DNA from: Thermoplasmatota archaeon
GTDB lineage: Archaea; Thermoplasmatota; E2; JACPAO01; JAHFTW01
Direction: 5' to 3'
NCBI GenBank assembly: GCA_049602735.1
Contig: JBMYRW010000003.1
Location: 11,457-75,456 of the forward strand
DNA length: 64,000 nucleotides
Every line of letters starts with the position of its first letter. The first letter of the stretch is position 1. Under the pieces are notes generated by a model. It saw nothing but the letters and a program-made list of their open reading frames with translations. It was not told where the DNA came from and searched no databases. The translations under genes were made by a program, and so were the position numbers. Shown here one piece after another: positions 1 through 9,527 of this stretch.

Positions 1-60
1 CTACCGGCCGCCGTGGTGCTGGGGCTCTTGGCCGCTGGCCTGGCACGGCGGAACGACTAA
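1..60 (+). CDS. C-terminal end of a surface protein (hydrophobic helix plus Arg tail, PGF-CTERM-like); partial
   Basis: Frame 1 reads LPAAVVLGLLAAGLARRND*, resembling the tails of the other sorting-signal proteins in the window. Confidence 0.6.
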   Translation, partial: LPAAVVLGLLAAGLARRND

Positions 61-110
61 GCCCACCCCGCCTGCTTGCCGCGTTGCCACCCCGGTGGCG
101 AGGTTGCAAC

Positions 111-389
111 ATGAAGACAGTCCTGACGACGATGCTGGTCGGCCTCCTGGTCGCCGCCCTCCTGGTCCCCAACGCCGCTGCCGGCCCCCACGGCTTCGGC
201 CGCTGCGAGCTACAAGACGAATCCTACGGCACCGCCCCCGAGCCGGTCGGCGAGATCGTGCTACCGACCAACCTGGAATGCTACTGGTCCGGCCCCGGCG
301 GCGGCTGCTGGATCACGTACACGACGTTGTACAATGACCAGGGCCTGCCCAACGTGCAGATCCCCACCGGCTACGAGTGCGGTTACTAG
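111..389 (+). CDS. Small secreted protein with two tandem Cys-flanked repeats
   Basis: ATG 111; signal peptide MKTVLTTMLVGLLVAALLVPNAAA; mature part has two GPxG..C...PTxxEC units. Confidence 0.7.
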   Translation: MKTVLTTMLVGLLVAALLVPNAAAGPHGFGRCELQDESYGTAPEPVGEIVLPTNLECYWSGPGGGCWITYTTLYNDQGLPNVQIPTGYECGY

Positions 390-467
390 GCCCACGGCCC
401 ACCCCTCTTCCCCCTCACCATCCACCCGTTCCACCCTTTTTTGAACGTGAGAACCCTTGACACGACC

Positions 468-1232
468 ATGGGTGCTGCCGCCAAAGCGGACAAGAAGCGC
501 TTGGTCGAACTGGAGAAGGAGCTCCGCGACGCCCACGCCCAGGACGTCAAGGCGTACGAAGCCGCGCGCGCCGCCGGGACGACTGCCGAGGCACCAAGCC
601 CGTTGAACCTGGAGTTCCGGATCTTCATGATGCGCCGGCTGTTCAGTGGCGCCCGCTCCATGCGCCGCACCCGCTTCTTCGCCCGCACCGGCGGCTGGGT
701 CCTCCTGGTCCTCTGGAGCCTCATGGGCCTCGTCGGCCTGGCGGCCATCGCGTTCGGCGTCTACGAGACCCTGCGCAACGACGGGCTTCCCACAGCGGAC
801 GGTCTTATCGCGACCGGCGCCGGCGGCGTCGACCTGCTCGCCCTGGCGTTCTTCAAGCCCACCGAGAGCATCAAGCGCCTCCTGGCGGACATGGTGCAAC
901 TGGAGATGGCGGTCAACGGCTTCCAGACCCGCGTCTCCCTTGAGCTGCTCGCCTTCAAGCGCGCCGACGCCGCGACGGTCCTGGCGGCGTCCCAGAACAT
1001 CGGCAAGATCAGCCAAGAGCACCTGAAGGCGATCGAGACGTACTACCAGAACGCCGATACCAGCCGCGGCGGACGTCGGGTCGCAGCCCGGGCCACCCAG
1101 GAGATCGGCGCCGTCAAGGACACGGTGGACGGCCTCACCGGCCAACTGAGCGGTGTGACCGGCAAGGTGGATGCCCTGCAGGCGAACCTGGCCGCCCGGC
1201 TCGACGAGGTCTCCAAGCGGCTGCCCCTGTAG
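468..1232 (+). CDS. Hypothetical membrane protein with C-terminal coiled coil
   Basis: ATG 468 with TTTGAA about 28 nt upstream; two hydrophobic segments; heptad-like C-terminus; host-like codon use. Confidence 0.65.
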   Translation: MGAAAKADKKRLVELEKELRDAHAQDVKAYEAARAAGTTAEAPSPLNLEFRIFMMRRLFSGARSMRRTRFFARTGGWVLLVLWSLMGLVGLAAIAFGVYETLRNDGLPTADGLIATGAGGVDLLALAFFKPTESIKRLLADMVQLEMAVNGFQTRVSLELLAFKRADAATVLAASQNIGKISQEHLKAIETYYQNADTSRGGRRVAARATQEIGAVKDTVDGLTGQLSGVTGKVDALQANLAARLDEVSKRLPL

Positions 1233-1276
1233 GCCGACGCCGCAACCCTTTCACGTCGGCCCCAGTGGGACGCCCC

Positions 1277-2314
1277 GTGGAACTGTACGGCTACGAACTG
1301 CCCTTCGAGGAGCTGCTGCCCCGCATCAAGGAGGCGCACCCGGACCTGGAATCGGTCGGCCTCCAGTTCCCGGACGGCATGCGGGACCACGCCACCGAGA
1401 TCGCCGCCATCGTGGAGGCGGAACTCGGCGCCGTCCCGATCGTCAGCGCCGACCCCTGTTACGGCGCCTGCGACCTCTGCGACGACGAGATGGCCAAGCT
1501 TGGTGTCACGGTGCTCATCCACTTCGGCCACAGCGCCATGCCCAGCGTCCCCACGCAGCACGGCGTGCAGGTCTACTTCGTCCCCGCCCATTCCAGCCAC
1601 GACATCACCGAGGTCGTGGAACGCGCCTGCCGCGAACACCTCCCGGAGGGCACCACCAAGCTGGGGCTCTGCACGACGGCCCAGCACGCCCACAAACTCG
1701 AGGAAGCGGCGGAACTGGTGCGCGGTTTCGGCCTGGAGCCCGTGATCCGCAGCGGCGACGCCCGCACGGCCCTGCCCGGCCAGCTGCTGGGCTGCAACGT
1801 CATGGCGGCCACCGCGGCCATGGACGCCGATGCCTTCCTGTTCGTGGGCAGCGGCGATTTCCATCCCCTCGCCCTCGCCCTGGAGACGCAGAAGCCGATC
1901 ATCGCCGCCGACCCGTACCACGGCATCGTCGCCAACCTGGAGACGGCCAAGCACCGCATCCTGAAGCAACGCTACGCCGCCATCGGCCAGGCGAAGGAGG
2001 CCCAGACGTTCGGCATCGTCGTCTCCACAAAGGGGGGCCAGATGCGTTTCCAGCTCGCCCAGAAGATGCTGCAGAAGCTGCGCGCCCACGGCAAGGAGGG
2101 GACGATCATCCAGAACAAGCAGATCAGCCCCGGCGACCTGCTCTACTTCCGCCACCTGGACGCTTTCGTCGGCGTCGCCTGCCCCCGCGTCCCGATCGAT
2201 GACCAGGGCCGCTACGACAAGCCGTTCCTGACGCCCCAGGAACTCGACATCGTCCTCGGCGTCAAGAAGGCGGACCTGTACGTGTTCGACACGTACACGG
2301 CGCACAGTCGGTAG
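1277..2314 (+). CDS. dph2: Diphthamide biosynthesis enzyme Dph2
   Basis: LQFPDG, DPCYGACD, HFGHS, LLGCN and VACPR (three Fe-S Cys); GTG start at 1277 or 1265. Confidence 0.95.
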   Translation: MELYGYELPFEELLPRIKEAHPDLESVGLQFPDGMRDHATEIAAIVEAELGAVPIVSADPCYGACDLCDDEMAKLGVTVLIHFGHSAMPSVPTQHGVQVYFVPAHSSHDITEVVERACREHLPEGTTKLGLCTTAQHAHKLEEAAELVRGFGLEPVIRSGDARTALPGQLLGCNVMAATAAMDADAFLFVGSGDFHPLALALETQKPIIAADPYHGIVANLETAKHRILKQRYAAIGQAKEAQTFGIVVSTKGGQMRFQLAQKMLQKLRAHGKEGTIIQNKQISPGDLLYFRHLDAFVGVACPRVPIDDQGRYDKPFLTPQELDIVLGVKKADLYVFDTYTAHSR

Positions 2315-2331
2315 CGGCGACGGCGATCCGA

Positions 2332-2643
2332 TCAGGTTCCTTTGACCTGATAGGGGGGCGATGTCTGGACGTTCATGAATCCACCCGGCTCGCCACCTCG
2401 TTCTTTGTTCAACTCCTGCAAGGCAAACGACTCAGGGCACGAGATGCGTACCTGTCCCGTCGTCGGTAGATGTTCCATGAGCGAGGGGGCCGCTTCTTCC
2501 ACTTGGGATTCAAGGACAGCAACCTGATTCGGCTGATGTCCTTCTTTGATGAAAGCCAGGCAGATCTCGTCGTGTGCGGGGGTCGTGCATCCAGGCAGGC
2601 ATCCGCCAAGGATCAGTACGATCCCGAACACAGCCGATTTCAT
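2332..2643 (-). CDS. Hypothetical small lipoprotein, lower GC than flanks
   Basis: MKSAVFGIVLILGGCLPGC lipobox-like N-terminus; many A/T-ending codons. Confidence 0.5.
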   Translation of the reverse strand: MKSAVFGIVLILGGCLPGCTTPAHDEICLAFIKEGHQPNQVAVLESQVEEAAPSLMEHLPTTGQVRISCPESFALQELNKERGGEPGGFMNVQTSPPYQVKGT

Positions 2644-2936
2644 GGGCCAACCAGGCTTGCGGTCCACTATCATCCTGCCGGCGGCCCGACCTGATCGACG
2701 GCGCCATCAAGCCGCTGCGGCCGGTTCGTCCCACAAGACCACGCCACTGGAGGAGTGGCGCCTGCGACGGCGGTGCCGGCGGCGGCGCTGCTCGTCGTTC
2801 CATTCCCGTGCTTCATCGCTCAGGTCATGCATCCAGCCCCTAGAGTCACGCCCGGGCACGTCAAGCCGTCCCCTATTGATGCTAGGTTCACCATGGTGGC
2901 TGCCAAGTTTCAAAGGCATCCGACCGATGCCCCGGC

Positions 2937-5147
2937 ATGGCTCCCCGAAACGCCACCCTCCCGTTGACGGCGCTCCTGCTCTTGGTCCCCTTGACCGGCG
3001 TGACCGTCACGGGGGCCGACGCGCCCTTCCCGTCGGGAGCCATCGACCTGGACGTGGATGCGGACCGCGATGGCCTCATCCACCCGGATCGAGATGAGAC
3101 CGGCGAGGCATCAGCCTCCGTAGCTGCGGGGGCGCTCTACCAAGTGAACCTCGACGATGACGACGCGGACGGCCTGCCTGATGGCCTGCTCCTGGCAGAG
3201 GACGGCACGCCCGCCGCCCTCGACGGTCGGGTCAACGGGGAAAGGGACCTGGCTGACCTGGCCCCCGTCCATTTGCGAGCATCGGCCGCGGATCTGCTGG
3301 CCCTCCGCCTCTCGGCCGAACTGGACGACCTGCGCGCCGTGCAGCTCTTCGCCTGGCCTGAAGCCGGCACGCCCGCTGCGTGGGGTGGCCCCCAGGAGAC
3401 ACGGACCACCCTCGACATCCTGCCACTCCTTCAAGAGGGGCGCCTTGAACTGGGCCTGGAAGGGCTGTTCTTCGCCTGGGACCAGCCGGGCGCCCACGGG
3501 CTCTTCCCGGACGGCTTTGATGGCGTGGTGCGCTTCACGGCGACGGCCCTCCATGCCGACGGGGCGGTCTCGACGGACACGGTCGCCCTGCGCGTGGCGC
3601 CACTCCTGGTAACACCGGCCACCCAGGAGGCGAAGGTGGTCTTCGAACGTCGTGGCCTGCTCTTGGGCACGGACGCATTGACCGACGGCAACGATTGGGT
3701 CCGCGACCATGCCACGTTCGGATCCACCGGCGCTCCCGGCCTGGACCCCATGGACGTGGTGCTGCGCCTGCCGTATGCCCGCCCAGAGCTGCCACAGTGG
3801 CCGACCGACCTCCTTGGCCCAGACGTGGGGTGGTACCTCTTGGCGGACGAGCTGGGTGGCGCCGGCGGCGACCACGGCGGCAACCTGCTGGCGCTCCCGC
3901 CCACCGACGGGGCGCCGCTCGGACGCATCCTGGTCGGCTCCACCATGAGCGACGCCCTGTACGGCTTCTTCGTCGACCAGGGGGCACAGGCGCCCTTCCC
4001 GAAGGAGACGGTCGACACCTCCTGGCTCGCCGTAGGCCACTTGGACGAACGGGTCAACGTGCTCCCCGACCCCGACGCACCCGACGGCTGGCGGCTCGTG
4101 GTCGCCCGCCCAGCAACCGCAGCGGAACTGGAGGTCCAGACCGACGCCGCCACGGAGACGGCGCCCTTCCTCGAGTCGATCGTCCGACCGTTCCTGGAGG
4201 GTACGCTGCCCGTCGGGGACGATTGCGTCCGCTACGAGGTGCAGCGCCGGGCTGCTCCGCCGAACCCCTCACCACCGACCCATGACGATGCCGGCGATGG
4301 CGGCCCGGATGCCTGCGGCGCACGCGCGTCCGGCGTCCGCTGGATGACCCCCCTGGAAGAGGTCCCTGGCCGCTGGGCCATGGACGTAGGCCATCGAGCC
4401 GGCATCGAAGGGCGGCTGTTGGATGCTGATGCCGCAAGCCTGGGCACCCGCCTCTTCGATGGCAAGCGCCTGATGGTGGACGGCCGCGAAGGCCGCTTCC
4501 TCGTGGAGACAGAAGGAAGGGCGGACGTCGGCGCTCGGGAAGGACGGGCAAGCGACGGCGCCCGCTTCGATCACCGCTTTGCTGTCGGCGGCCGTGCCAC
4601 CGACACAGAGGACCCTGCGTTCCTCGGTTCCAGCCGGTTCGGCGTCCGCGCTTTGGACAACCACGTCTCCTGCGACCTCGCGGAGGCCCAAGGCCGCCGT
4701 GCCATACCTTGCCAGCGGGCCACGCCCGGCATCGCGACGCCGGCCCTGGATGACCTGCGCCGCTCGGTGGGTCAACGTGCCGCCGGGCTCCTGTACGACC
4801 TGGGCCTCGGCGGCGGCGACGTCACGACGGCGCAGTACGCCGGTGGGCCCCTCGATGGACTGGCGGAGCGCCTCGGAGCGCTCACTGGCGCAGACGTGGT
4901 GGAGGTACCGGTCCATTGGGAGGAGTCTCCTCGCGGCGCGGTGGCCGCCTTGCCGTCGGCGGTCAACTTCGTCCACGTCGACGGCGTCACGCATGTGCCG
5001 ACCCTCGAAGCGGGCAGCGCCCTGGACGACGAGGCCCGCGGAGCATTCGGCGAGACCGTCCGTTTCGTGCCCAATGACCGGCTCCACGCTGCCGGCGGCG
5101 AACTCCACTGCGCCACCAATGTGTGGCGTATCGGCTTGGCTAGCTGA
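2937..5147 (+). CDS. Secreted protein-arginine deiminase (PAD) family protein
   Basis: Signal peptide; PAD motifs DWVRD, GGNL...PP, GRILVGS, DTSWLAVGHLDE, GGELHCATN. Confidence 0.85.
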   Translation: MAPRNATLPLTALLLLVPLTGVTVTGADAPFPSGAIDLDVDADRDGLIHPDRDETGEASASVAAGALYQVNLDDDDADGLPDGLLLAEDGTPAALDGRVNGERDLADLAPVHLRASAADLLALRLSAELDDLRAVQLFAWPEAGTPAAWGGPQETRTTLDILPLLQEGRLELGLEGLFFAWDQPGAHGLFPDGFDGVVRFTATALHADGAVSTDTVALRVAPLLVTPATQEAKVVFERRGLLLGTDALTDGNDWVRDHATFGSTGAPGLDPMDVVLRLPYARPELPQWPTDLLGPDVGWYLLADELGGAGGDHGGNLLALPPTDGAPLGRILVGSTMSDALYGFFVDQGAQAPFPKETVDTSWLAVGHLDERVNVLPDPDAPDGWRLVVARPATAAELEVQTDAATETAPFLESIVRPFLEGTLPVGDDCVRYEVQRRAAPPNPSPPTHDDAGDGGPDACGARASGVRWMTPLEEVPGRWAMDVGHRAGIEGRLLDADAASLGTRLFDGKRLMVDGREGRFLVETEGRADVGAREGRASDGARFDHRFAVGGRATDTEDPAFLGSSRFGVRALDNHVSCDLAEAQGRRAIPCQRATPGIATPALDDLRRSVGQRAAGLLYDLGLGGGDVTTAQYAGGPLDGLAERLGALTGADVVEVPVHWEESPRGAVAALPSAVNFVHVDGVTHVPTLEAGSALDDEARGAFGETVRFVPNDRLHAAGGELHCATNVWRIGLAS

Positions 5148-5775
5148 AGGAGCCTGACGCCAGAGCAAGGTGCCCCTGGTCGTTGACGCGAACCAGTTCC
5201 ACGCCGTCGGCGCGCACGGCCAGTTCCGTGATGTTGGCGTTCGCCTGGGGGAAGCGTTCCAGGCCGCCTAGGCCGGCGCCGGTCACCATGGAGAGGAAGA
5301 CCCGGTTGATGCGGCCGTGGGCCACGAGGGCCACGTCGTGCTCCAAGGCCTCCTGGCGAAGCCGGTCAGCAAGGGGGCGCAGGCGCACCTGGGCCAGGAC
5401 GGCCGATTCGCCGCCGGGGAACATCTGGTCCGGGAAGCCCATCTGCCAGGCGTCGAGGATCTGGGCGATGTCGTCCCGGACCTCTTGGTAGATGCGGCCG
5501 CTGTAGTCGCCGTAGTCCAGTTCGTACGCCTCGGCGGCCACCTGGAGCGCCGGTTGGTGGGGGTGCTGGTCGACGATCGCCTGCGCCGTCTGCCGTGCCC
5601 TTGAGAGGGGACTCGTGTAGACGGCGTCCAGTCCCACGGTGGTGAGTGCGCTGCCGACGGCGCGCGCCTGCTGCTGCCCCAGGTCGGACAGGTGGCTGTC
5701 GATGCGGGGGCCCTGGATGATGCCCTGGGCGTTGTGGGTGGTCTGCCCGTGACGGATGACGTAGAGGCTCGGCAC
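5140..5775 (-). CDS. Histidine phosphatase (phosphoglycerate mutase family)
   Basis: LYVIRHGQT, YTSPLSRARQTA, FPGGES, LVAHG. Confidence 0.92.
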   Translation of the reverse strand: MPSLYVIRHGQTTHNAQGIIQGPRIDSHLSDLGQQQARAVGSALTTVGLDAVYTSPLSRARQTAQAIVDQHPHQPALQVAAEAYELDYGDYSGRIYQEVRDDIAQILDAWQMGFPDQMFPGGESAVLAQVRLRPLADRLRQEALEHDVALVAHGRINRVFLSMVTGAGLGGLERFPQANANITELAVRADGVELVRVNDQGHLALASGSFS

Positions 5776-5827
5776 GCCTACGTGAATGGGTCGGCAAGGT
5801 GACATGAGGCTTGCGTTTGGGCCGCTT

Positions 5828-6505
5828 GTGCGCAAGGCCGAGCTGACCTCGACCCTGGAAGGGGTGCCCCGCCATCCGGAGCCTCGGCCGGAGCTGGAGC
5901 AGTACCGCACGCCGGCGCCCATCGCCGCGGAGCTGCTCTGGCTCATGCGCGACGTGGGGGACCTGCCGGCCCGTGGCGCGCCGACGCCTGCGCGGCTGCT
6001 CGACCTGGGTTGCGGCACCGGCATGTTCGCCATCGGTGGCGCCCTCCTGGGAGCGCACGTTCTCGGCGTGGACGTGGACGAGGAGTCGATCGACCTGGCC
6101 CGCGGCGCGGCGGAGGCGACCGGCACCGCGCCCTCCATCACCTGGGAAGCCGCCGACCTGCGCAGCTGGCACCCGGATCCCGGCGCTTTCGACGTGGCCG
6201 TCATGAACCCCCCGTTCGGCGCCCAGAAGGGCAACCGGCACGGCGACCGGCTGTTCTACGAGCGCGCCATGGAGGCCCTCTGGCCCGGCGGCGCGTGCTG
6301 GTTCCTGGCCCCGCCGCGTGGGGAGCGTTTCCTGCACGCCTTCCTGGCCGAGCGGGGCTGCCGGGTGCAGAAGGTGGGCCAATGGGACTACCCCCTGGAG
6401 GCCCAGTTCGCTTTCCATGAGAAGGAGGCCCGCGTCATCCAGGTGGGCGGGTACAGGTTCACCACGCCGCCCAGGACTCCGCCTACGACACCCGCAGGCG
6501 CCTGA
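5828..6505 (+). CDS. METTL5-family SAM-dependent RNA methyltransferase
   Basis: LEQYRTP, LDLGCGTG, MNPPFG; start at GTG 5828 or ATG 5804. Confidence 0.9.
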   Translation: MRKAELTSTLEGVPRHPEPRPELEQYRTPAPIAAELLWLMRDVGDLPARGAPTPARLLDLGCGTGMFAIGGALLGAHVLGVDVDEESIDLARGAAEATGTAPSITWEAADLRSWHPDPGAFDVAVMNPPFGAQKGNRHGDRLFYERAMEALWPGGACWFLAPPRGERFLHAFLAERGCRVQKVGQWDYPLEAQFAFHEKEARVIQVGGYRFTTPPRTPPTTPAGA

Positions 6506-7664
6506 GGGCGAACAGGCCGACGCCGGCGGCGAACCAGATCACCGTCAGCACCGCCATGGCGGCCAGGCTGAACGCGGCGGCTCCGAGGCCCTCGCCGAAC
6601 GTCATCACCTGACGCAGGGCGTCGACGGCGTGGGTGGTGGGCAGGATGTCGTAGAGCCCGATGGAGCGGCCGGCGAGGCTCCCCAGGGGGACCTCCGGGA
6701 GGGCGAAGAAGGCGCCGGAGAGGAAACTGGCCGGCACACTCACCAGGACGCCGAAGCTGCTCGCCTCCTGTTGGGTGCCGGTGAGGGCCGCGATGACGAG
6801 CCCCACGCCGATCACCGCCACGGCGGCCACGAGGACGACCACGTAGGCGGCCAGGTAGCTCCCTTGGTTCTGGAAGCCCATGCCGGCCGCCGTCGCCAGC
6901 ATGAGCGCCAGGCTGACGGAAGCGAGCACCAGGTGGCCGAGGCTGACGCCGGACAAGAGCGACCACGGGCGCAAGAGGCCGAGGCGGAAGCGGTCCAGTG
7001 TGCCGGATTCCACTTCGCGGCCAAGGCTGGCGGCCACCTGCGGCACCAGGTTGAGGATGCCGAAGACCATGAGGCCGGGGGCGATGAAGTCGAACGCGAC
7101 CAGGTCCGGCGCCGTCACCTGCTCCTGCTCCACCACTAAAGCGGGCTCGTCGCCGGTCACCTGCTGGGCGAACGCCTGGGCGTACCCTTCCACGATGGGG
7201 ACCAGGACGGCGCTGGCGGAGCGGCTGGGGTCGCCGATGATGCGCAGCGTCGTGCCGCTCGGGTCGGTCCTCCCGCCGGTCGTCGTGAAGGGTGGCAAGG
7301 TGCCCGGATCCTCCTGGGAGCCCGGGGTCAGCCCTTCGGCGAACCCGGCGGGGATCACAATCACCAGGTCGGCCTCCCGGTCCTGTACCCGTTCACGACC
7401 GACGCCCGCATCGCTGGCCGCCGAGACCGCCAGGAGCGCCTGACCGTCGTCGTAGCGTAGGTCCTCCAGGCCTGCGACGAAGGCCGCCGACAGGTCGGTG
7501 CCATCGTCGTCCACCACGGCGACATCGTAGGTCACCTGTCCCTCTTCGCCGAACGCGAGGCCGAAGATCACCATGAAGACCACCGGCAACAGGAGCGTGA
7601 TGGCGAGATTCTTGGGCTGCCGCCACGCCTCCTTCAGGACCTTGACCGCGACGGCGAGGCTCAT
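6483..7664 (-). CDS. ABC-2 type transporter permease
   Basis: N-terminal TM, VAVVDDD periplasmic-type loop, EVESGTLDR, C-terminal TM bundle; overlaps the ATPase gene. Confidence 0.9.
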   Translation of the reverse strand: MSLAVAVKVLKEAWRQPKNLAITLLLPVVFMVIFGLAFGEEGQVTYDVAVVDDDGTDLSAAFVAGLEDLRYDDGQALLAVSAASDAGVGRERVQDREADLVIVIPAGFAEGLTPGSQEDPGTLPPFTTTGGRTDPSGTTLRIIGDPSRSASAVLVPIVEGYAQAFAQQVTGDEPALVVEQEQVTAPDLVAFDFIAPGLMVFGILNLVPQVAASLGREVESGTLDRFRLGLLRPWSLLSGVSLGHLVLASVSLALMLATAAGMGFQNQGSYLAAYVVVLVAAVAVIGVGLVIAALTGTQQEASSFGVLVSVPASFLSGAFFALPEVPLGSLAGRSIGLYDILPTTHAVDALRQVMTFGEGLGAAAFSLAAMAVLTVIWFAAGVGLFALRRLRVS

Positions 7665-8593
7665 TCCCGCAACCTCCGGCCCGTGAGCGCGATGAACGCA
7701 TCTTCCAGGGTCGTCCCCCGGTAACGCAGGTCGGCCACCTCGCCGCCCGCCTTCTGCACGGTGGCAAGGACCGTGGGGATCTTGCGCGCGAGACCGCGGC
7801 CCCGCACCAACAGCGACCGGTCCGCCGCCGCGATCGCCTCCACGGGCGCCCCCGCGAACGCCTTGGCCACGTCCGCAGCCGAGGCGCCCGTCGCATCGAG
7901 GCTCACCTCCACCGTGTCGCCGGTGCCCAGGCGGGCCGCAAGGTCACCCGGGGTGCCCAGGGCCACCAGGCGGCCGCCGTCGACGAAGGCGACCCGATCC
8001 GCCAGGCGCTCCACTTCGTCCATGTTGTGGCTTGTCAGGAGCACCGTCCGCTTGCCGCGCAGGGACCGGATGAACTCGCGGACCGCCACCCGTGTCTGTG
8101 GGTCGAGGCCGGCCTCCGGTTCATCCAGCACCACGATGGGCGGGTCATGGATGAGCGCCATGGCGAGCGTCAGGCGCCGCTTCATGCCACCGGACAGCTT
8201 GTCCGCCTGCGTCCCGGCTTTCGCCGTCAGCCCGAGCCGTTCCAGCAGGTCGTCGGCCCGACGGCGGCGCAGGCGACGGGGCACCTGGTGCAGCAGGCCG
8301 GCGTAGATCAGGTTCTCGCGAGCCGTCAACTCCGGGTAGAGGACGTTCTCCTGGGGACACAGCCCGACGCGGCGGCGGGCCAACCGGGAGCCCGCGGGGA
8401 CGCCGTCGACATGCAGACGGCCACCTGAGGGGCGCAGCAGCCCCGTCACCATGCGGATCGTGGTCGTCTTGCCGGCGCCGTTTGGTCCCACGAAGCCAAG
8501 GATCTCACCCTTTTGGACCTCAAGGTCGAGACCGTCCACCGCCGCCACCTCGCCGAAGGTGCGCCGCAGAGCCTGCATCGTGATCGCTGCCAT
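7661..8593 (-). CDS. ABC transporter ATP-binding protein
   Basis: GPNGAGKTT, LSGGMKRR, VVLDEP, C-terminal TLEDAFI. Confidence 0.95.
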   Translation of the reverse strand: MAAITMQALRRTFGEVAAVDGLDLEVQKGEILGFVGPNGAGKTTTIRMVTGLLRPSGGRLHVDGVPAGSRLARRRVGLCPQENVLYPELTARENLIYAGLLHQVPRRLRRRRADDLLERLGLTAKAGTQADKLSGGMKRRLTLAMALIHDPPIVVLDEPEAGLDPQTRVAVREFIRSLRGKRTVLLTSHNMDEVERLADRVAFVDGGRLVALGTPGDLAARLGTGDTVEVSLDATGASAADVAKAFAGAPVEAIAAADRSLLVRGRGLARKIPTVLATVQKAGGEVADLRYRGTTLEDAFIALTGRRLRE

Positions 8594-8717
8594 GAGGTCG
8601 GGACACCGGCTTGGAGTCATAACGCCCCGTCGTCCTTGGCGCCGCAAAGCCGGCACGACCCGGCCGGGCCGCGAAGGGCGGCGGCAACGCCTTGAAGCGG
8701 GCCGTCGATGGCGCGTC

Positions 8718-9491
8718 GTGCCCAAGGAGGACGCTGCCGGGACCGCTCTGGCGCCGGCCGACACGCAGGACAACGTGGACGTCGGCTTCCTGGAGAAGAT
8801 CGCGCCGACGCTGCGCCGGCTGCGCAACTACAGCCGCCTCAAGGTGGACGGCCTGGACAACGTCCCAGAGACCGGGCCCGCGCTCTTGGCCTGCAACCAC
8901 ACCGGCTGGCTCGGCCTCGACTACGCCTTCACCGCTCTCTCCGTGTACGAAGCGCTCGACCGGGTTCCTCGGGGCATGGCACACGCCGCCTGGTTTGGCA
9001 ACCCGGCCACCAAGGAGTTCGCCTCCAAGGCCGGACTGTTCAAGGTCTCCAAGGGCGCCATGGAAGAGCAGCTGGCCAAGGGCAACCTGGTGCTCATCTT
9101 CCCCGAAGGTGAGAAGGGCGCGTTCAGCCCGGGCAAGGACTACACCTTGGAGGAGTTCGCGCGGGGTTTCGTCCGCGTCGCCATGAAGACCAACGTCCCC
9201 GTCATCCCGGTGGCGATCCTGGGCGGCGAAGAGGCGAACCCGGTCGGCACCCGTATCGAGAGCTACGAGGAGCTCATCAAGATGAAGGGAGGCCTGCCGA
9301 TCCCCAAGAACCTCATCCCGAAGCCGGTCAAGTGGCGCATCCGGTTCCTGCCCGCCATCGACTTCAGCATGTACACGGCGGCCGACGCGGACGACCATGA
9401 CCTGGTCCATTCCCTGTCGGAGCATGTCCGGGCGCGGGTGCAGCGGGAGCTGCGCAAGATGAAGGTTGAACGGGGCAACCCGTACCTGTAG
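8718..9491 (+). CDS. Lysophospholipid acyltransferase (PlsC-like) family protein
   Basis: CNHTGWLGLD, IFPEG, VPVIPVAI; CTTGAAG 27 nt upstream of GTG. Confidence 0.88.
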   Translation: MPKEDAAGTALAPADTQDNVDVGFLEKIAPTLRRLRNYSRLKVDGLDNVPETGPALLACNHTGWLGLDYAFTALSVYEALDRVPRGMAHAAWFGNPATKEFASKAGLFKVSKGAMEEQLAKGNLVLIFPEGEKGAFSPGKDYTLEEFARGFVRVAMKTNVPVIPVAILGGEEANPVGTRIESYEELIKMKGGLPIPKNLIPKPVKWRIRFLPAIDFSMYTAADADDHDLVHSLSEHVRARVQRELRKMKVERGNPYL

Positions 9492-9527
9492 GCGGGTTCA
9501 AGCGGGCCCCGGCCGGCTCAGCCGGGC

